This document shows positions 1-14,619 of a stretch of DNA of 64,000 bases, one piece after another. The notes beneath the pieces were generated by a model. It was not told the origin of the DNA. It ran no database searches and saw only the letters and a list, made by a program, of their open reading frames with translations. Within the stretch, counting starts at the first letter, position 1. Each line of letters starts with the position of its first letter. Origin of the DNA: Octopus vulgaris (Eukaryota). A program made the translations under genes and the position numbers. The stretch spans positions 84,940,001 through 85,004,000 of the forward strand of contig OX597822.1 in the NCBI GenBank assembly GCA_951406725.2, read 5' to 3'.

Positions 1-614
1 TGCAAAAGGAAATTAAAAGTGTTATTTCTCAGACAAAGGAATTATCATCTACTATATATTCTGGAGAGGCAATCAGCAAGCGGAAACGCGAAAATATGCA
101 AGAATAATCAAAAATTTAGCATGCCATTCTATGCTGTTGGTGATGTCAAAATTCCAATGAAGAAGATTTGCGTCCGAACCATTTCTTTCTCCAAATTCTT
201 AATTTAGAGAACTGAGATATGAAAGATTACATGCATATAATCTAAGTTGAAGCGACATATGCCTTTCGAAGCACAAGGCACTGACACACACGCACATACA
301 TATATACACTCATATACATACATACATACATACATACATACATACATACATACATACATGTAATGTTCATGCACACATGTTTGTGTGTACATATATATAT
401 ATAATTTTGGATAGGCTTGATAGCATCGTATAAACATTTTTTCGAGAATATTAATATTTATTTTAATTATATTATATGTATATGTGTGTCTGTGTCTGTG
501 TGTGTATGTATGTATGTATTTGTGTATATATATATATTTAAAAACATATATATGGTAATGCAATTGAAACAATTGTCGAATTTTTAAGGACAATTTTCTC
601 TGTACGTATTTTTT

Positions 615-676
<62 letters not shown>

Positions 677-802
677 TCATTATCTTTTATTAAGCTTTTA
701 ATACTTTTGATATATATTTAAAATAATATTAATTAATTAATTTTATGTATTGGCTTAAGTTTTTCATTGTTTGATTTGCCTAATAGTGGTTTTATCTCTA
801 AT

Positions 803-860
<58 letters not shown>

Positions 861-864
<4 letters not shown>

Positions 865-1104
865 TAAGCAATTAAGGGTTTAGCAACGAATTGCCTCACC
901 ACACACCGAATTTAGAAATAGCAGTCAAAGAGTTATAGCTATTCTTTCTACTAAAAGGGAGATCTCAGTAAAAACACACCACTTGAAAGGCAAACACTGA
1001 GATCTCCCTTTTAGTAGAAAGAATAGCTATAACTCTTTGACTGCTATTTCTAAATTCGGTGTGTGGTGAGGCAATTCGTTGCTAAACCCTTAATTGCTTA
1101 GTAT
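861..1104. repeat. Perfect 109-bp inverted repeat (fold-back hairpin, 26-nt loop) embedded between (TA)n arrays
   Basis: 861-969 is the exact reverse complement of 996-1104. (TA)n flanks lie at ~810-862 and ~1211-1266. Confidence 0.95.
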
Positions 1105-1208
1105 TAATTAAATTTTCCTCGAATGAGGCTTTTACATGCCGAAATCTACTTGGTGTAATTAATAATTATTCCAAATTAATTAATTTCACCCTTTATTGTT
1201 ACTGATAA

Positions 1209-1307
<99 letters not shown>

Positions 1308-1923
1308 GACTTATACACTTTTAATATACTTGGTAGTAGATGACGGTCACAAAACGAAACACACTGCCCCTCATCAGCAATTAACACTTCATAAATTCTA
1401 CGTTTTTGTGAAACTCACCTATTATACAAGGTGAAAGTTTTCAAAATGTTCGCACCATTCTTTCCAGTTGTCTCCCCTTCCTTCAAATGCCTTCAACGAT
1501 GACTTTACACCACAAGTACACTCAACCACTAAGATACATACACTAAATATGAAAGTGATCTCCGTCAGAAACTCTGAGGATGAGTTTTCAGTTGTTTAAT
1601 CAACTAGCTACCTTCTCATTGATTTAGCGTTTAATATGGCTGGGTATTCCAAAGTTATCTGTGCTCTTAACGTAATTTCAGATAGAGTACGTGATAAAAA
1701 TGGAACTTTGCATTTATAGATACAATCTATCGGACAGGCTTCCGTACAGTTTCTCTTTGTCCAGTTTCAGTCACAAAGCATGTAACAGTAAAAGAACTTC
1801 AATATAAGTATTGTGTGTGTGTGTGTGTGTGTGCGTGTGTGTTTGGACGATTCTATGAATATGCCCATATGCGTGCATGATAGTTTGCAACTATGTATTC
1901 ATGCTGTCATGTTCATGCACATA

Positions 1924-2810
1924 CAGCGGTTAGACAAAATAATGGAAATACCAAGCATCATAGCATCATAATTTTGAAATATCTTTAAAACCGTCAAAAG
2001 CTTGTTTATTTTTATGTCATTTGAATTATTATTAGTGTTGCTTAATATGTTTTGCTAAAATTGCTCTTTCCTTTCAGATATCATCAGAAAAAGGTAATTA
2101 AAATTCATTAAAATGACAGATCTATCGGACTTTCAAAGAGGTCAAATTGTTGATGCTCGTATGGCAGGCGCTAGCGTAACAAAAAATAGCCGAAATGTTT
2201 GGTGTATCAAGAAGTACTGTCTCGAAAGTAATGACAGCTTTTGAGAAAGAGGGTAAAACTGCCTCGTCGAAACAAAACTCCGGAAGAAAACCAAAACTTT
2301 CAGATAGGGACCGTCGGACTCTTCTGCGAATTGTTAGAAAGGATCACAAAAGTACAGCTCCCAAAATAACTGCAGAGCTTAATGACCTCCTCGAGAACCC
2401 AGTTTCTACAAAAACTGTTCACTGGGAGCTGCACAAAGCCAGATTTCACGGGATGGCTGTAATCAGAAAGCCACTACTTTCAAAAACAAACGTCGTAAAG
2501 CGTTTAGATCGGAATAAAAACCTACAGAATTGGTCCCTAGAGCAGTGGAAGAATGTTATTTTCTCGGCCGAGTCATCCTTTACCTTATTTCCGACCACCG
2601 GCCAAGTATACGTGTGGAGACAACCAAAAGAAGCATTTGACCCAGACTGCCTTCTTTCAACTGTTAAACATGGCGGAGGATCTGTGATCTGGGGTGGGGG
2701 CTATATCTTGGAAATCCGCCGGCCCAATGGTTTCCCTTCATGGCAGAATTAATAATCAAGACTATTTAAGCTTTTAATCTGATCAAATTCATTCTATGGT
2801 TACGCAAATT
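1924..2810 (+). mobile_element. Tc1-family DNA transposon, 3'-truncated, with a frameshifted transposase
   Basis: TA followed by TIR CAGCGGTTAGACAAAATAATGGAAATACC. ATG at 2113 gives MTDLSDFQRGQIV. ORF 2195-2752 has the HTH, GRKPKLS, WKNVIFSAES and TVKHGGGSV motifs. Confidence 0.95.
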
Positions 2811-3082
2811 ACGTCACGGTGAAAATGATGATGACAATATTCTTCACAGCTCTGCTACCTTCTGTGGGGGGGATCGACTTTCGATAAAAACCATTTACAA
2901 ACGAAGCAAAATTCGTCCAAAATTATCTCTCATACTTCCAAACGAAAAACTAATTTTTTACACTCATACATATATACATACATGCACACACGCACACATA
3001 TCTGCATGTATGTATGTATGTATGTATGTATGTATGTATGTATGTATGTATGTATGTATGTATGTATGTATGTATGTATGTA

Positions 3083-3119
<37 letters not shown>

Positions 3120-3144
3120 ATGTATGTATGTATGTATGTATGTA

Positions 3145-3193
<49 letters not shown>

Positions 3194-3210
3194 ATGTATG
3201 TATGTATGAA

Positions 3211-3568
3211 ATGGCCAAGTGGTTAGGGTAGCGGACTCACGGTCGTAGGATTGCGGTTTCGATGCCCAGAGCGGGCGTTGTGAGTGCTTATTGAGCGGAA
3301 ATACCTAAAGCTCCACGAGGCTCCGGCAAAGGGTGGCGGTGAACCCTGCTGTACTCTTTCACCACAATTTCTCTCAGTTTTTCCTCCTGTTTCTGTTGCA
3401 CCTGTATTTCAAAGGGCCAGCCTTGTCACGCTGAATCTCACCGAGAACTACGTTAAGGGTACACGTGTCTGCGGAGTGCTCAGCCACTTGCACGTTAATT
3501 TCACGAACAGGCTGTTCCGTTGATTTGATCAACTGGAACCCTCGTCGTCGTTACCGACGGAGTGCCAC
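3211..3568 (+). mobile_element. tRNA-derived SINE, family C
   Basis: A box TGGCCAAGTGG and B box GGTTTCGATGCC. The body is shared with 29057, 33941 and 35146. Confidence 0.8.
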
Positions 3569-3950
3569 GAGCTTTATGCATGCATGCATGCATGTATACA
3601 TGTATGTATGCATGTTTGCATGTGTGTTTTTGTCCTTTTATCACATGTCTAAATACACTTTCACTTGTTTTCACTGTTCTGGTCATTAAATATGCTTTCA
3701 CCTACTTTGTCGAATTAAAGAGAATTTAAAAGACGCTGACAGAGAAATCTTATAGTTTCCGCTATTTATCGTTCTATTCACTTCTACTATTTTCTTCAAA
3801 TGATAAATGGAATATTAATCGAGAGGGGTTTTTTTTCTCATTTTTTTGCTGTCGTTACCGATGTAGCTGTTGTGTAACTCTCGGCCAATTCCAGTAAAAT
3901 CGATTAACACACACACATACATACACACATACACATGCACATGCACGCAG

Positions 3951-3981
<31 letters not shown>

Positions 3982-4183
3982 TACGCACACACGCACACTT
4001 ACATCCACACACACACGCACGCATGCACTCATACATACACAGTACGCGCACACGCACATACACACATACACGCACGCATGCACGCACACAGACACACACA
4101 CATACACACACGCATGCATGCACACATACACACACGCGCACACACACATACCCACACCCACACGCACGCATGCACACATACAT

Positions 4184-4274
<91 letters not shown>

Positions 4275-4862
4275 ATGTCTGCCACGACTCCTTTCACAGC
4301 AGCACCAATATGTTTATCCTTAAACATAAGAGGTCAAGAAAGGAGCGTCGATGTCATGGCTCCCTTTCCGCCAATCCTTTCCTCAAACCCCATTTGTTCG
4401 ATAATATAACGATTATAAATACGTTTCCGTATCCTTTAGAATTTTTATAGATATTCCATTTTGTTTAGATTGGAAAACAATAGGTTAAGTCAGTCTTCAC
4501 CTATTTAAAGTTGGAAACATTAAACTGTTAACTAGAAATAAATATAAAGAGAAAACGAAAAGTGAAATAAACGCACAATTAGTCAATGACTAAGATGAAT
4601 TTTTCATACATCCGGTAAGTAGAGGAGTCAACTCCGTACAGATTTCGATCTTATTCTGACCTTTTCAGCGACGCATAACCTCCACAGACCTGTTGTAATA
4701 GTGATGAATGTCTAAGTATAAAACATTAGAGATTTACTCGTGTCGGGAATTTGAATTGCTCAGAGGTTAAAATAATTCATTAGTCAACTTAGAGTTCACA
4801 TATTTATATTTAAGCGGATCACAAGTTCTTTTGAACTCTACTGTTTCACTTCAATATATTTA

Positions 4863-5363
4863 CGTTGTCTTATCAATAAGTATCCGGACTGTTGCTATAG
4901 TAACGAAGCTAAAGCACGGAGAGTGAAGCCGCTGGGCACAAAGTGACCTTGAACCCTGCTGGGTATGCGCACTAAGTTTTAACGTTCCAGCTCACTTCCG
5001 CTGTTTACAGCAGTGCTTGGAAGGAAGGTGTGTAGTGTGTGATTATTGCATTGACCATGACAAAGAAAGTTGAGCAGAGAATCTGCATCAAATTTTGCCA
5101 AAAGCCTGGCGATACCTGCTCAAAGGCCTACGCAAAGTTTTCAAAAAGTCTTCATCGTTCTTGACACAATCAAGGAGATCTTATGCAACCGAAACTCGAG
5201 TGTACTTTTGGTCAGCTGAAAGCAGTTTGGGGACAAACTTGGCAGACACGCGTAGAGCGCATGCACAGCTGGGTTCAAGGTCAATTTCTGCCAAGTGGCT
5301 TCACTCTGCGTGCTTAACTTCGTTACTAAGGCAACAGTCCGGATAATTATTAATCAGACCACG
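4863..5363. mobile_element. Non-autonomous mariner fold-back built from two 5' ends
   Basis: TA TSD and long TIRs. + strand reads MTKKVEQRICIKFCQK; - strand reads MRRVSAKFVPKLLSADQK-like sequence. Homologous to 30920-31757. Confidence 0.9.
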
Positions 5364-5389
5364 TATGTTAGAAACACCGGTACGTTTTA

Positions 5390-5800
5390 CTGCTTTAGAA
5401 GTTTACTTCACAAGCGTGAGATACCTAGTTCGATCCCTCAGCGTGGTGTTTTGCGCTAGTGAATTTTATCTGAAGCTGGATCAACTTAAGGCTTTTTGAG
5501 TTAAATCAGTGGTCCTCGACCACGGTCCATGTGACCCTTGGAGAGATCCGAATAAGAGTTTGTTGTTGAATCTTATTGTTTATACTTCAATAATGCATAA
5601 ACTAATTAAAAAAAAATTTTAATGCAATTCCTACTATTTAATTATAAATAATGATCAAGATTTATTTTAACAGGGGGTGGGGCCTAGTAGAGCAAAATAT
5701 GTACGAAAGGGGTCCATAGGAAAAAGTGGTCGACAACAATTGAGTTAAATTGGAAAAAAAAAACATTTGGGTAAACGGAAACTGTACGGAAGCTTGTGTG
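5390..5800 (+). mobile_element. Degenerate SINE family B, interrupted by a hAT MITE
   Basis: Similar to 63308-63465 (tRNA-like head; GGTAAACGGAAACTG..GAAGC). Confidence 0.55.
5507..5742. mobile_element. hAT (Charlie/Buster-type) MITE
   Basis: TIRs CAGTGGTCCTCGACC / GGTCGACAACAATTG and an exact 8-bp TSD AGTTAAAT at 5499-5506 and 5743-5750. Confidence 0.88.
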
Positions 5801-6366
5801 GAAGTTAATAGATTACAGCTGTAATTCGAAGTTCCAGTCTTATGAAACGCTGTTGGACAGGATGTAGCCATTCCCGCATAAATAGCTACAGTTGCAGGAG
5901 TAGTATAAGAAATATATTTAATTTAGGAAAGCAGTAAAAAGGGATTTTTGGAAGGATAGAAATATAAAATAATTTGAACAGATTTGCAAGGCAAAAATTC
6001 TTCCAGGGTGGAGGGCAAAGAATGAAAGCCAATATTTCTTCAAGAAAGATGGGGTCGGATGATTCAGAAAGCGAAACGGATATATATGGTTGACAACCGT
6101 ACAAGGGTAAGAGATAGCAGTAAGAATGTTCAAACCTTTCCCGGGGAAATGAGCAGCGAAAGAAAATTTACGACTCCCTAAGTAAATAGATGTAAACTTA
6201 AGGTCTGTTTATTTATTTGGATATTCATTTCGTGATATATTTTCATTCATGAAATGATAAGCCATTGCTTGCACACGTGTGCACACAGCACTTAGCGAGT
6301 TGCAGTGATTATATATAACGCTTATATTATGCGGTACGCATGATAACATCTTATATATACATATAC

Positions 6367-6424
<58 letters not shown>

Positions 6425-6569
6425 ACATATATATATTATATGTAACACACACACACACACACACATATATATACATACGTATTCATATATGTGTCTGTGC
6501 ATGCGCGTGCGTAGTGTGCGTATATATATATGTGTGTATATATATATATAAATATATATATACATATAC

Positions 6570-6609
<40 letters not shown>

Positions 6610-6688
6610 TTATATGTGTGTGTGTATAAATATATAAATATATATACATATACATATATATATATACATATTCATATATACATACACA

Positions 6689-6739
<51 letters not shown>

Positions 6740-6985
6740 AAGAGAGGGAAAGATATCTATACACATGTGTATGCAAGTATATATATATATATATACACAC
6801 ACACATGTATTAAGCTATATATGTATATGTGTGTATAGTACATATTTTTGTATACACAAATGTATATACGTACGCACACTCATACACAGTTGGACATCAA
6901 TATGTGTAAACATACATGCATATTTAGATATGTGTTCTTCTGTATGTACGCATATAATATATATATATATTCATGTGTATATTTT

Positions 6986-7139
<154 letters not shown>

Positions 7140-7589
7140 AACAAGCACATGTATGTTCTTGAATAGGAGGACAATGGCAGTGATGTTTGGGAGGGGTGGG
7201 TGGTGGGTGTAGGCGAGATGAGTTATTCATAAACTCTTGTTGCTGAAACATTCACACAGAAACCAATGTGGAATACATTCTCACTGTGAGCAAACACGAA
7301 ACACGTGCATGCGTACATATGGGTACAGACACATATACACTCGTATACACATTGATACACACATATTTTTTATAGATATATGCATGTGTGTGTATGTGTG
7401 TATATATGCCGGGGAAGAGGTATAAACTACACATATGTACGAGGCGTGTGCGTTTCTACGGGTAAATCTAATCGCAATTTATGCACATATGCGTGTGTAT
7501 ATGCATGCGTATATGCATGCATGTGTACCATATGTATACATATGTATGCATACATATATATCCGGATATATATGTACATTTATATACAA

Positions 7590-7650
<61 letters not shown>

Positions 7651-7750
7651 CATACATACATACATACATACATACACACATAATAATACACACACACACA
7701 CACACACAATATATGTGTGTGTGTGTGTGAATGCGTGTATGAATAAGTAT

Positions 7751-7828
<78 letters not shown>

Positions 7829-8314
7829 ATACTTATTCATACACGCATTCACACACACACACATATATATGTGTGTATGTCTGTATGTATGTATGAATGT
7901 ATGTATATATACAACAATTAAGGAATGGAGAAGATAAAATCCGGGCTACATATGTTTCGTAGCGAGCGGAACCTCGGAAGTGGTGGATATGCAAGCGAGG
8001 TGCATATCCTTAGCCTGATGAGTAGCCTGCGTTATACATCGCACTTGGATATTTACCACTTCCGAGGATTCGCCCGCTATCAAACATATGTAGACCAGAT
8101 CTTATCTTCTCCATTCCGTAACTCTGCCATTTTTATTCACATATCCGGCAACCTTGGTCGCCTACTGTGAAATATAAAAAAAACTTTTTGATATGAAAAA
8201 ATCCACAACCTTCCATCTCAATAAATCATTATTGTCCCTGAAAGTTGTCTTTTTTTTTATTTATTACGGATTGCTTGAAGCTAACCGTCTTCCTACACCT
8301 CGATCCTTGGATCT

Positions 8315-8504
<190 letters not shown>

Positions 8505-8832
8505 GATCTATCTATCTATCTATCTATCTATCCATCCATCTATCTCTCTATCTCTCTCTCTATACTCACACACACACACACACGCACACACACACACCAC
8601 ACACACACACACACACAAACACACAAGAAACTACGATGGTATGTCCTACGAACGTATCCTCATTGTTGTTGTTTGGAACTCGTCATTGGATGTTTTAGTG
8701 CATATGGCTGCTTAACCACAACGGATCATCGGGGAACACTTTATTGAATTATGTTACAAAAAATACATACATACATACATACATACATACATACATACAT
8801 ACATACATACATAAGTGTGTGTGCGTATTTAT

Positions 8833-9470
8833 ATACCGTGTGTCAGGGTTAAATTTGATAGTTTGCTTAAGAGGAAATGAAAATCAAAAATCAATTTGAT
8901 TATAGCTGGCAGATAAGCGTTTACTCAAAGTAGCTGTCTTCAGATTCCAGAACAGCCTCACGATGACTCCGGAACATTACGCATGCGTTCCTTATTGTAT
9001 CCGTGAGAAGATCTTTGAGCACTTTCTTGATTTTGGCCACCAGCTCGGCCTTAGTACTGAAAGTATTGCGGTATGCGCTCCACACATAGTAATTCATAGA
9101 ATTACAGTCGGAAGGACTAGGTGGCCAGGAATTGGGGCTGAAGAAGTCGTAGAAATTCTCCGAAAATTACTTCTGACTTTTTCCGAATCATGCTGCCACA
9201 CGTATGGCTTTCCAGAAACAACTCTCTAGCCAGGGTTTCACTTCATCCAACTCCAGCAGCTTCACAAAACAGTCCGAGCTTAAGATTTTGTTTAAATATG
9301 TGCAGATGCATTCCGGCGTGCGAACTCAGTCAGAACACATACCGAGTTATTTCTAGCTGGCCACAGTTTCGTAGTCTCTGTTGCAGCTGTCCTTATCACG
9401 TCTTACTGCCTTTATAGTATTCACAGAGCACTGAGCAGCAATCTTGAAGTCGGCATTTTGATACCCGGCG
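8833..9470 (-). mobile_element. Tc1/mariner-superfamily (DD37D/maT-like) transposase relic
   Basis: Minus-strand translation gives WPPSPSDCNSMNYYVWSA and the C-terminal NACVMFRSHREAVLESEDSYFE*. The right boundary is approximate. Confidence 0.7.
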
Positions 9471-9889
9471 TGAATCATTATGATACAACTAACTATTATC
9501 CGATATTCAGGTGGCTTCCTTCCCTCAATGTTAACCTATCGACGTTCATGTCTAGTGAAAAATTAAGTCCGTCTCATTCACGTTATCATAACCCTTTTGC
9601 TTCAAACCGAAAGCAAGAAGTGTATTGTTTGTTGATATATTACATGCAGCTATATAGTCAAATATTGTTACATACAAAACGAAAGTGAAGCGAAGCAAGC
9701 CGAGATATAGATATTTAATAGCAATGTAACCTCAGGATTACTCTTGTTGAAAAGAAGAATACGAAAAGTATATTTACCGTTCTTAAAGAAATCCCATAAT
9801 AATTCTTGGTTGATCGCCAGCAAAGCATGCAACCATTGAAAATGTAAAATTTAAAGTAGGCAGCTCTAAGATGAGATATTGATTTCAAA

Positions 9890-10025
9890 CTGTGGTACAA
9901 GGCCAGCAATTTCGGGGGAGGGGTAGGTCGAGTACATCGACTTCGGTGTTCAACTGGTACTTATTTTATCGACCTCGAAAGAATGAAAGGTATAGTCGAC
10001 GACCTCAGCAGAATTTGAACTCAGA
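9890..10025 (-). mobile_element. SINE family A fragment
   Basis: Core ACTGGTACTTATTTTATCGAC...GAATTTGAACTCAGA is shared with the other family A copies. Confidence 0.75.
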
Positions 10026-10567
10026 GCGCAATAAGAGCATAAGTGCGAGATGTACGACCGAAAAGCTTTCAATACAGATCATCGTCAGAAGTTGAAACAT
10101 GCTTAACATAAAGTATTATTAAAGAAGCAGAAAGAAAACGCACGCTATTAATGATAATAAATGTAGAAGAAAAGAAGGAATGCAATTTTTTTAATGGCTT
10201 ATATCAGACACAAATAAAAGAAATGAAATTGTAGAGATATTCGAACATGCAAGAAAAAATTGAAATGAGCGGGTCCTTGTGTTCGCGCATGCACATAAAG
10301 TGTAGCCCAGTTATTAACACATCACCTCAATCGAGTACTTCATGTCTGAGGCTCTGGCGAAGATAAAAGTTGACATTCAATTATGAGTCCACCGCATCTT
10401 ACATCATAAACGGCTGAAAGATAATGAAGTTCAAGCGATAATTGCTTATTCCCCTTGACATTTTAATTTCTTATTACCGCTTTGTACTCAACTGACGCTT
10501 TGTTCTGAAGCAGATATTTATTGTGTTCTACATTAGGTTGTTAGTCTCACAATGCCTAAGTGAAATA

Positions 10568-10607
<40 letters not shown>

Positions 10608-10612
<5 letters not shown>

Positions 10613-10985
10613 CAAAAATGGGACAAGAACGCCAAACATCCAGACAGTTAGGTGATACAAAAAAGGGGACAACAAAACATCCAGACAGACGATACAAAGA
10701 AAACAAGGACGGATCATTCGGAGTTTTCTATCCTCAGTCGAGTTCCAGATTATCTTTGCAATTTCGGCTGGTTATACTCGAGATTGCTCTAACCTGACCA
10801 GCCCCAATGAAAAACTAAGCTAAGAGCACTAGATTCCTTGGAAGAAAGTAGTGAATGTATACTAAAACAAGGACGGGAAAAACACGGAGAAATAGTACAT
10901 GAATACAAATAACAGGACATAAACAACGGGTGTCTTTCGACTAAAGACGAATTATACAAGTTTATAAAGCAGCCATTCTTACTAC
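10608..10985 (-). mobile_element. (TA)n-anchored repeat, probable Penelope-like terminal segment
   Basis: Homologous to 26327-26484, 43547-43740 and 63485-63645. Abuts (TA)n. The family assignment is inferred. Confidence 0.5.
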
Positions 10986-11109
10986 TTTTTTGTATGGCCC
11001 AGGATCGTGGATACCCTATAGACGACATATTAACCAACAAGACATCTTCCACAAAGACTGTCTGAGGATAACCTGTGGTTATTCACTAAAAGGCAGTTTC
11101 TAATACCAA

Positions 11110-11339
11110 CGAATTAATGGTATTAAAAACTTTGGTGCAACCAGCATCAACAGGCTTCGGGGTGCAAGGCACCCTGAAAAGCTGCTGCAAATATACCACC
11201 AGCACTGACCTGTAATCCTCATACTTGCAACATCTGTGGCCTTCTTTGCAAATCGTTGGCAGGACTTAAATGTCTCATTATGACTGACAGAGAAAAAGGA
11301 CGTTGTCGGAGACTCATACGCCGAAACCGACGGGAGAGT

Positions 11340-11345
<6 letters not shown>
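11110..11345 (+). mobile_element. RTE-like LINE 3' end
   Basis: Reads CNICGLLCKSLAGLK (C-terminal Zn-knuckle), then a stem-loop tail and CATCAT running into (AT)n. Confidence 0.65.
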
Positions 11346-11402
<57 letters not shown>

Positions 11403-11425
11403 TTATTTATTTATATATATATATA

Positions 11426-12641
11426 CAGAGGTTGGACAAAATAATGGAAACACCTTAAAATTTCAAACAAATATATTTTAATATGGGGTAAGACCGCCTT
11501 TGACAGTAATTACAGCTTGAATTCTACAAGGTCTGAACTCGTTCAAAGTTTCAATTGTTTCCAAAGGAAATTTTGTCCATTCTTTAGATAAAACAGTCTC
11601 CAGTTCTTGTCGGGATTATGGTGGAGGATATCGACTCCTTGCTTTTCTAAAATGCACCATAAATGTTCAATAATATTGAGATCTGGGGACTGTGGTGGTC
11701 AGATAAGATGTTCAACTTCACTAGAATGTTCCTCGTGCAATTGACACAACTTTAACTGTGTGAATTGGTACATTATCATCTTAAAAGATTGCTTTTCCTT
11801 CCGGAAACCGTTCCGCAACCATAGGATGAATTTGATCAGATAAAATGCTTAAATAGTCATGACTATTAATTCTGTCATGAAGGGAAAACATTGGGCCGGC
11901 AAATTTCCAAGATATAACCCCTAGATCATTACAGATCCCCCTCCATGTTTAACAGTTGGAAGAAGGCAGTCTGGGTCAAATGCTTCTTTTGGCTGTCTTC
12001 ACACGTATACTCGGTCGGTGGTTGGAAATAAGGTAAAGGATGACTCGGCCGAGAAAATAACATTCTTCCACTACTCTAGGGACCAATTCTGTAGGTTTTT
12101 ACCCCACTCTAAACGCTTTGCAACGTTTGTTTTTGAAAGTAGTGGCTTTCTGATTGCAGCCCTTCCGTGAAATCCGGCTTTGCGCAGCTACCGGTGAACA
12201 GTTTTTGTGGAAACTGGGTTCTCGAGGTGGTCATTAAGCTCTGCAGTTATTTTGGGAGCTGTACTTTTGTGATCCTTTCTAACAATTCGCATAAGAGTCC
12301 CTGTCTGAAAGTTTTGATTTTCTTCCGGAGCTTTGTTTCGACGAGGAGGTTTTACCCTCTTTCTCAAAAGCAGTCATTACTTTCGAGATATTACTTCTTG
12401 ATACACCAACAATACGTGCACCAACAATTTGACTTCTTTGAATGTTCGACAGATCTGATTAATTTTTAACACCTTTTTCTGATGATATCTGAAAAGAAGC
12501 ATCAATTTTAGCAAAACATATTAAGCAACAGTAATAATAAATCAAATAACATAAAAATAAAAAGCTTTTGACAGTTTTATAAATATTTAAAAATTATGAT
12601 GCTATGATGCTAGGTGTTTCCATTCTTTTGTCCAACCCTTG
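11426..12641 (-). mobile_element. Tc1-family transposon with both TIRs and a degraded transposase (DD34E-like)
   Basis: TIRs CAGAGGTTGGACAAAATAATGGAAACACC / GGTGTTTCCATTCTTTTGTCCAACCCTTG with a TA TSD. The minus strand reads FSAES, DDNVPIH and PPQSPDLNIIEHLW. Confidence 0.95.
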
Positions 12642-12647
12642 TATGTC

Positions 12648-12732
<85 letters not shown>

Positions 12733-12745
12733 AAGAGATAGAGAG

Positions 12746-12838
12746 AAAAGGAGAGTATAAAAAGCTGCTAACAAATGCAGAAAATTTTACAAATCCTTTA
12801 TCTTCCTGGCTCAAAACCCATCCTAAGATGGAAGGAGT

Positions 12839-12915
<77 letters not shown>

Positions 12916-13092
12916 AGAGAGAGAGAGAGAGAGAGAACATAATAAAAGAACCCACACACAATATCATCGTAAATAGAGTTTAATTTTTTTTTCTTGAACT
13001 GCTTTCTTCTGAGGATAGTTTTTTGCGGCTGAAAGATAAAGGATTTTCTAAAATTTTATGCATGGTTAGAAGATTTCTATATTTTCCTTTTC
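12746..13092. repeat. Diverged ~95-bp inverted repeat around (GA)n, carrying a degenerate hammerhead-like core
   Basis: 12746-12842 matches the reverse complement of 12994-13092. The + strand at 13004-13043 reads TTCTT-CTGAGGA-...-GAAA-GATA-AAGGA. Confidence 0.6.
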
Positions 13093-13176
13093 TTTTTCTA
13101 CACACACACACACACACACATACAGACACACAAACTCACAAACAAACGCACATGCACACACACATATCTCTGTCTA

Positions 13177-13211
<35 letters not shown>

Positions 13212-13212
13212 G

Positions 13213-13252
<40 letters not shown>

Positions 13253-13254
<2 letters not shown>

Positions 13255-13418
13255 CGAGAGCATACAAACAGCCAACAACTGAGGAAGGGTCGTTCTTTCT
13301 GTTGTTTGTCTTGTTTTCCATTTGTGTCTTTCGTTGTTCGAAAAAATAGTTCATATTCCATATACTCGTACTTCGAATTTTTTGTTGTACACATTTCATG
13401 ACGTCCTGTGCCCACATG
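13253..13418 (+). mobile_element. (TA)n-anchored repeat, the reverse-complement homolog of 22303-22470
   Basis: Shared sequence CGTCCTGTGCCCACAT and CTGANGA-(A/T)GGGTCGTTC. Confidence 0.7.
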
Positions 13419-13473
13419 TGTATAAATATATATATATAAATTTAAAGGGTGTCCACTTAGTGGTTTTCCTCTA

Positions 13474-13565
<92 letters not shown>

Positions 13566-13805
13566 GTATAGATGTAAGTATTACATATACGTATGTATAT
13601 ATGCACATATATATATATATATATAATTTATATTATTATATGATTGAACGCCACGCATCCTCTTCCAAGTTAGTTTTACCCATATATATATATATATATG
13701 TATGTATATATATATACATATAAATATATACATATTTACATAACTGTATATATGTATATACATAACAATATATATATATATATGTATATGTGTATGTATG
13801 TATAA

Positions 13806-13874
<69 letters not shown>

Positions 13875-13885
13875 CATACATACAC

Positions 13886-13916
<31 letters not shown>

Positions 13917-14166
13917 TCAACATATACATATATATATATATATATATCAACATATACATATATATATGTGTGTGTGCAGCATCATATGAATGTGTATGTA
14001 TATATGCATGTATCTATGTATCTACGGAGAACTGCGTGTGTGAGTGTGTGTGAGCGCGTGTGCGTGTGTACATGTGCCTGCCTCTGTGTACACGTAACCA
14101 TATGGATTTTTAATCTGTCGACATATTTAGAAAATGAAGAATGTTTTCTTTCGGCCATCTGTTTGT

Positions 14167-14245
<79 letters not shown>

Positions 14246-14480
14246 CTAAATCCTTATTATCATCATCTCTTTGATAAGGGTAAGACTCGTTAATAAGAAA
14301 GGTTTATATTATCTTCAACAACAGCTAATAACAATATGTAGAAATAAAACGTAGCAATTAAAACAACATGATTACCTTTGAAATTATCATCATTAATACT
14401 AACAATAACAACAATAATAATGATAACAATAATGATTGTAGTAGTCGTAGTTGTAGTAGTTAGTAATGATAATAATGATA

Positions 14481-14557
<77 letters not shown>

Positions 14558-14619
14558 CAGCAACAACATCCTTAATAATGATATATAATGTATAACAACA
14601 ACAATAATGATAATAGCAG

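Noticed and set aside
1340-1385. CTGATGAG on the minus strand as a hammerhead
   Set aside because: There is no downstream GAAA and no stems in the required order.
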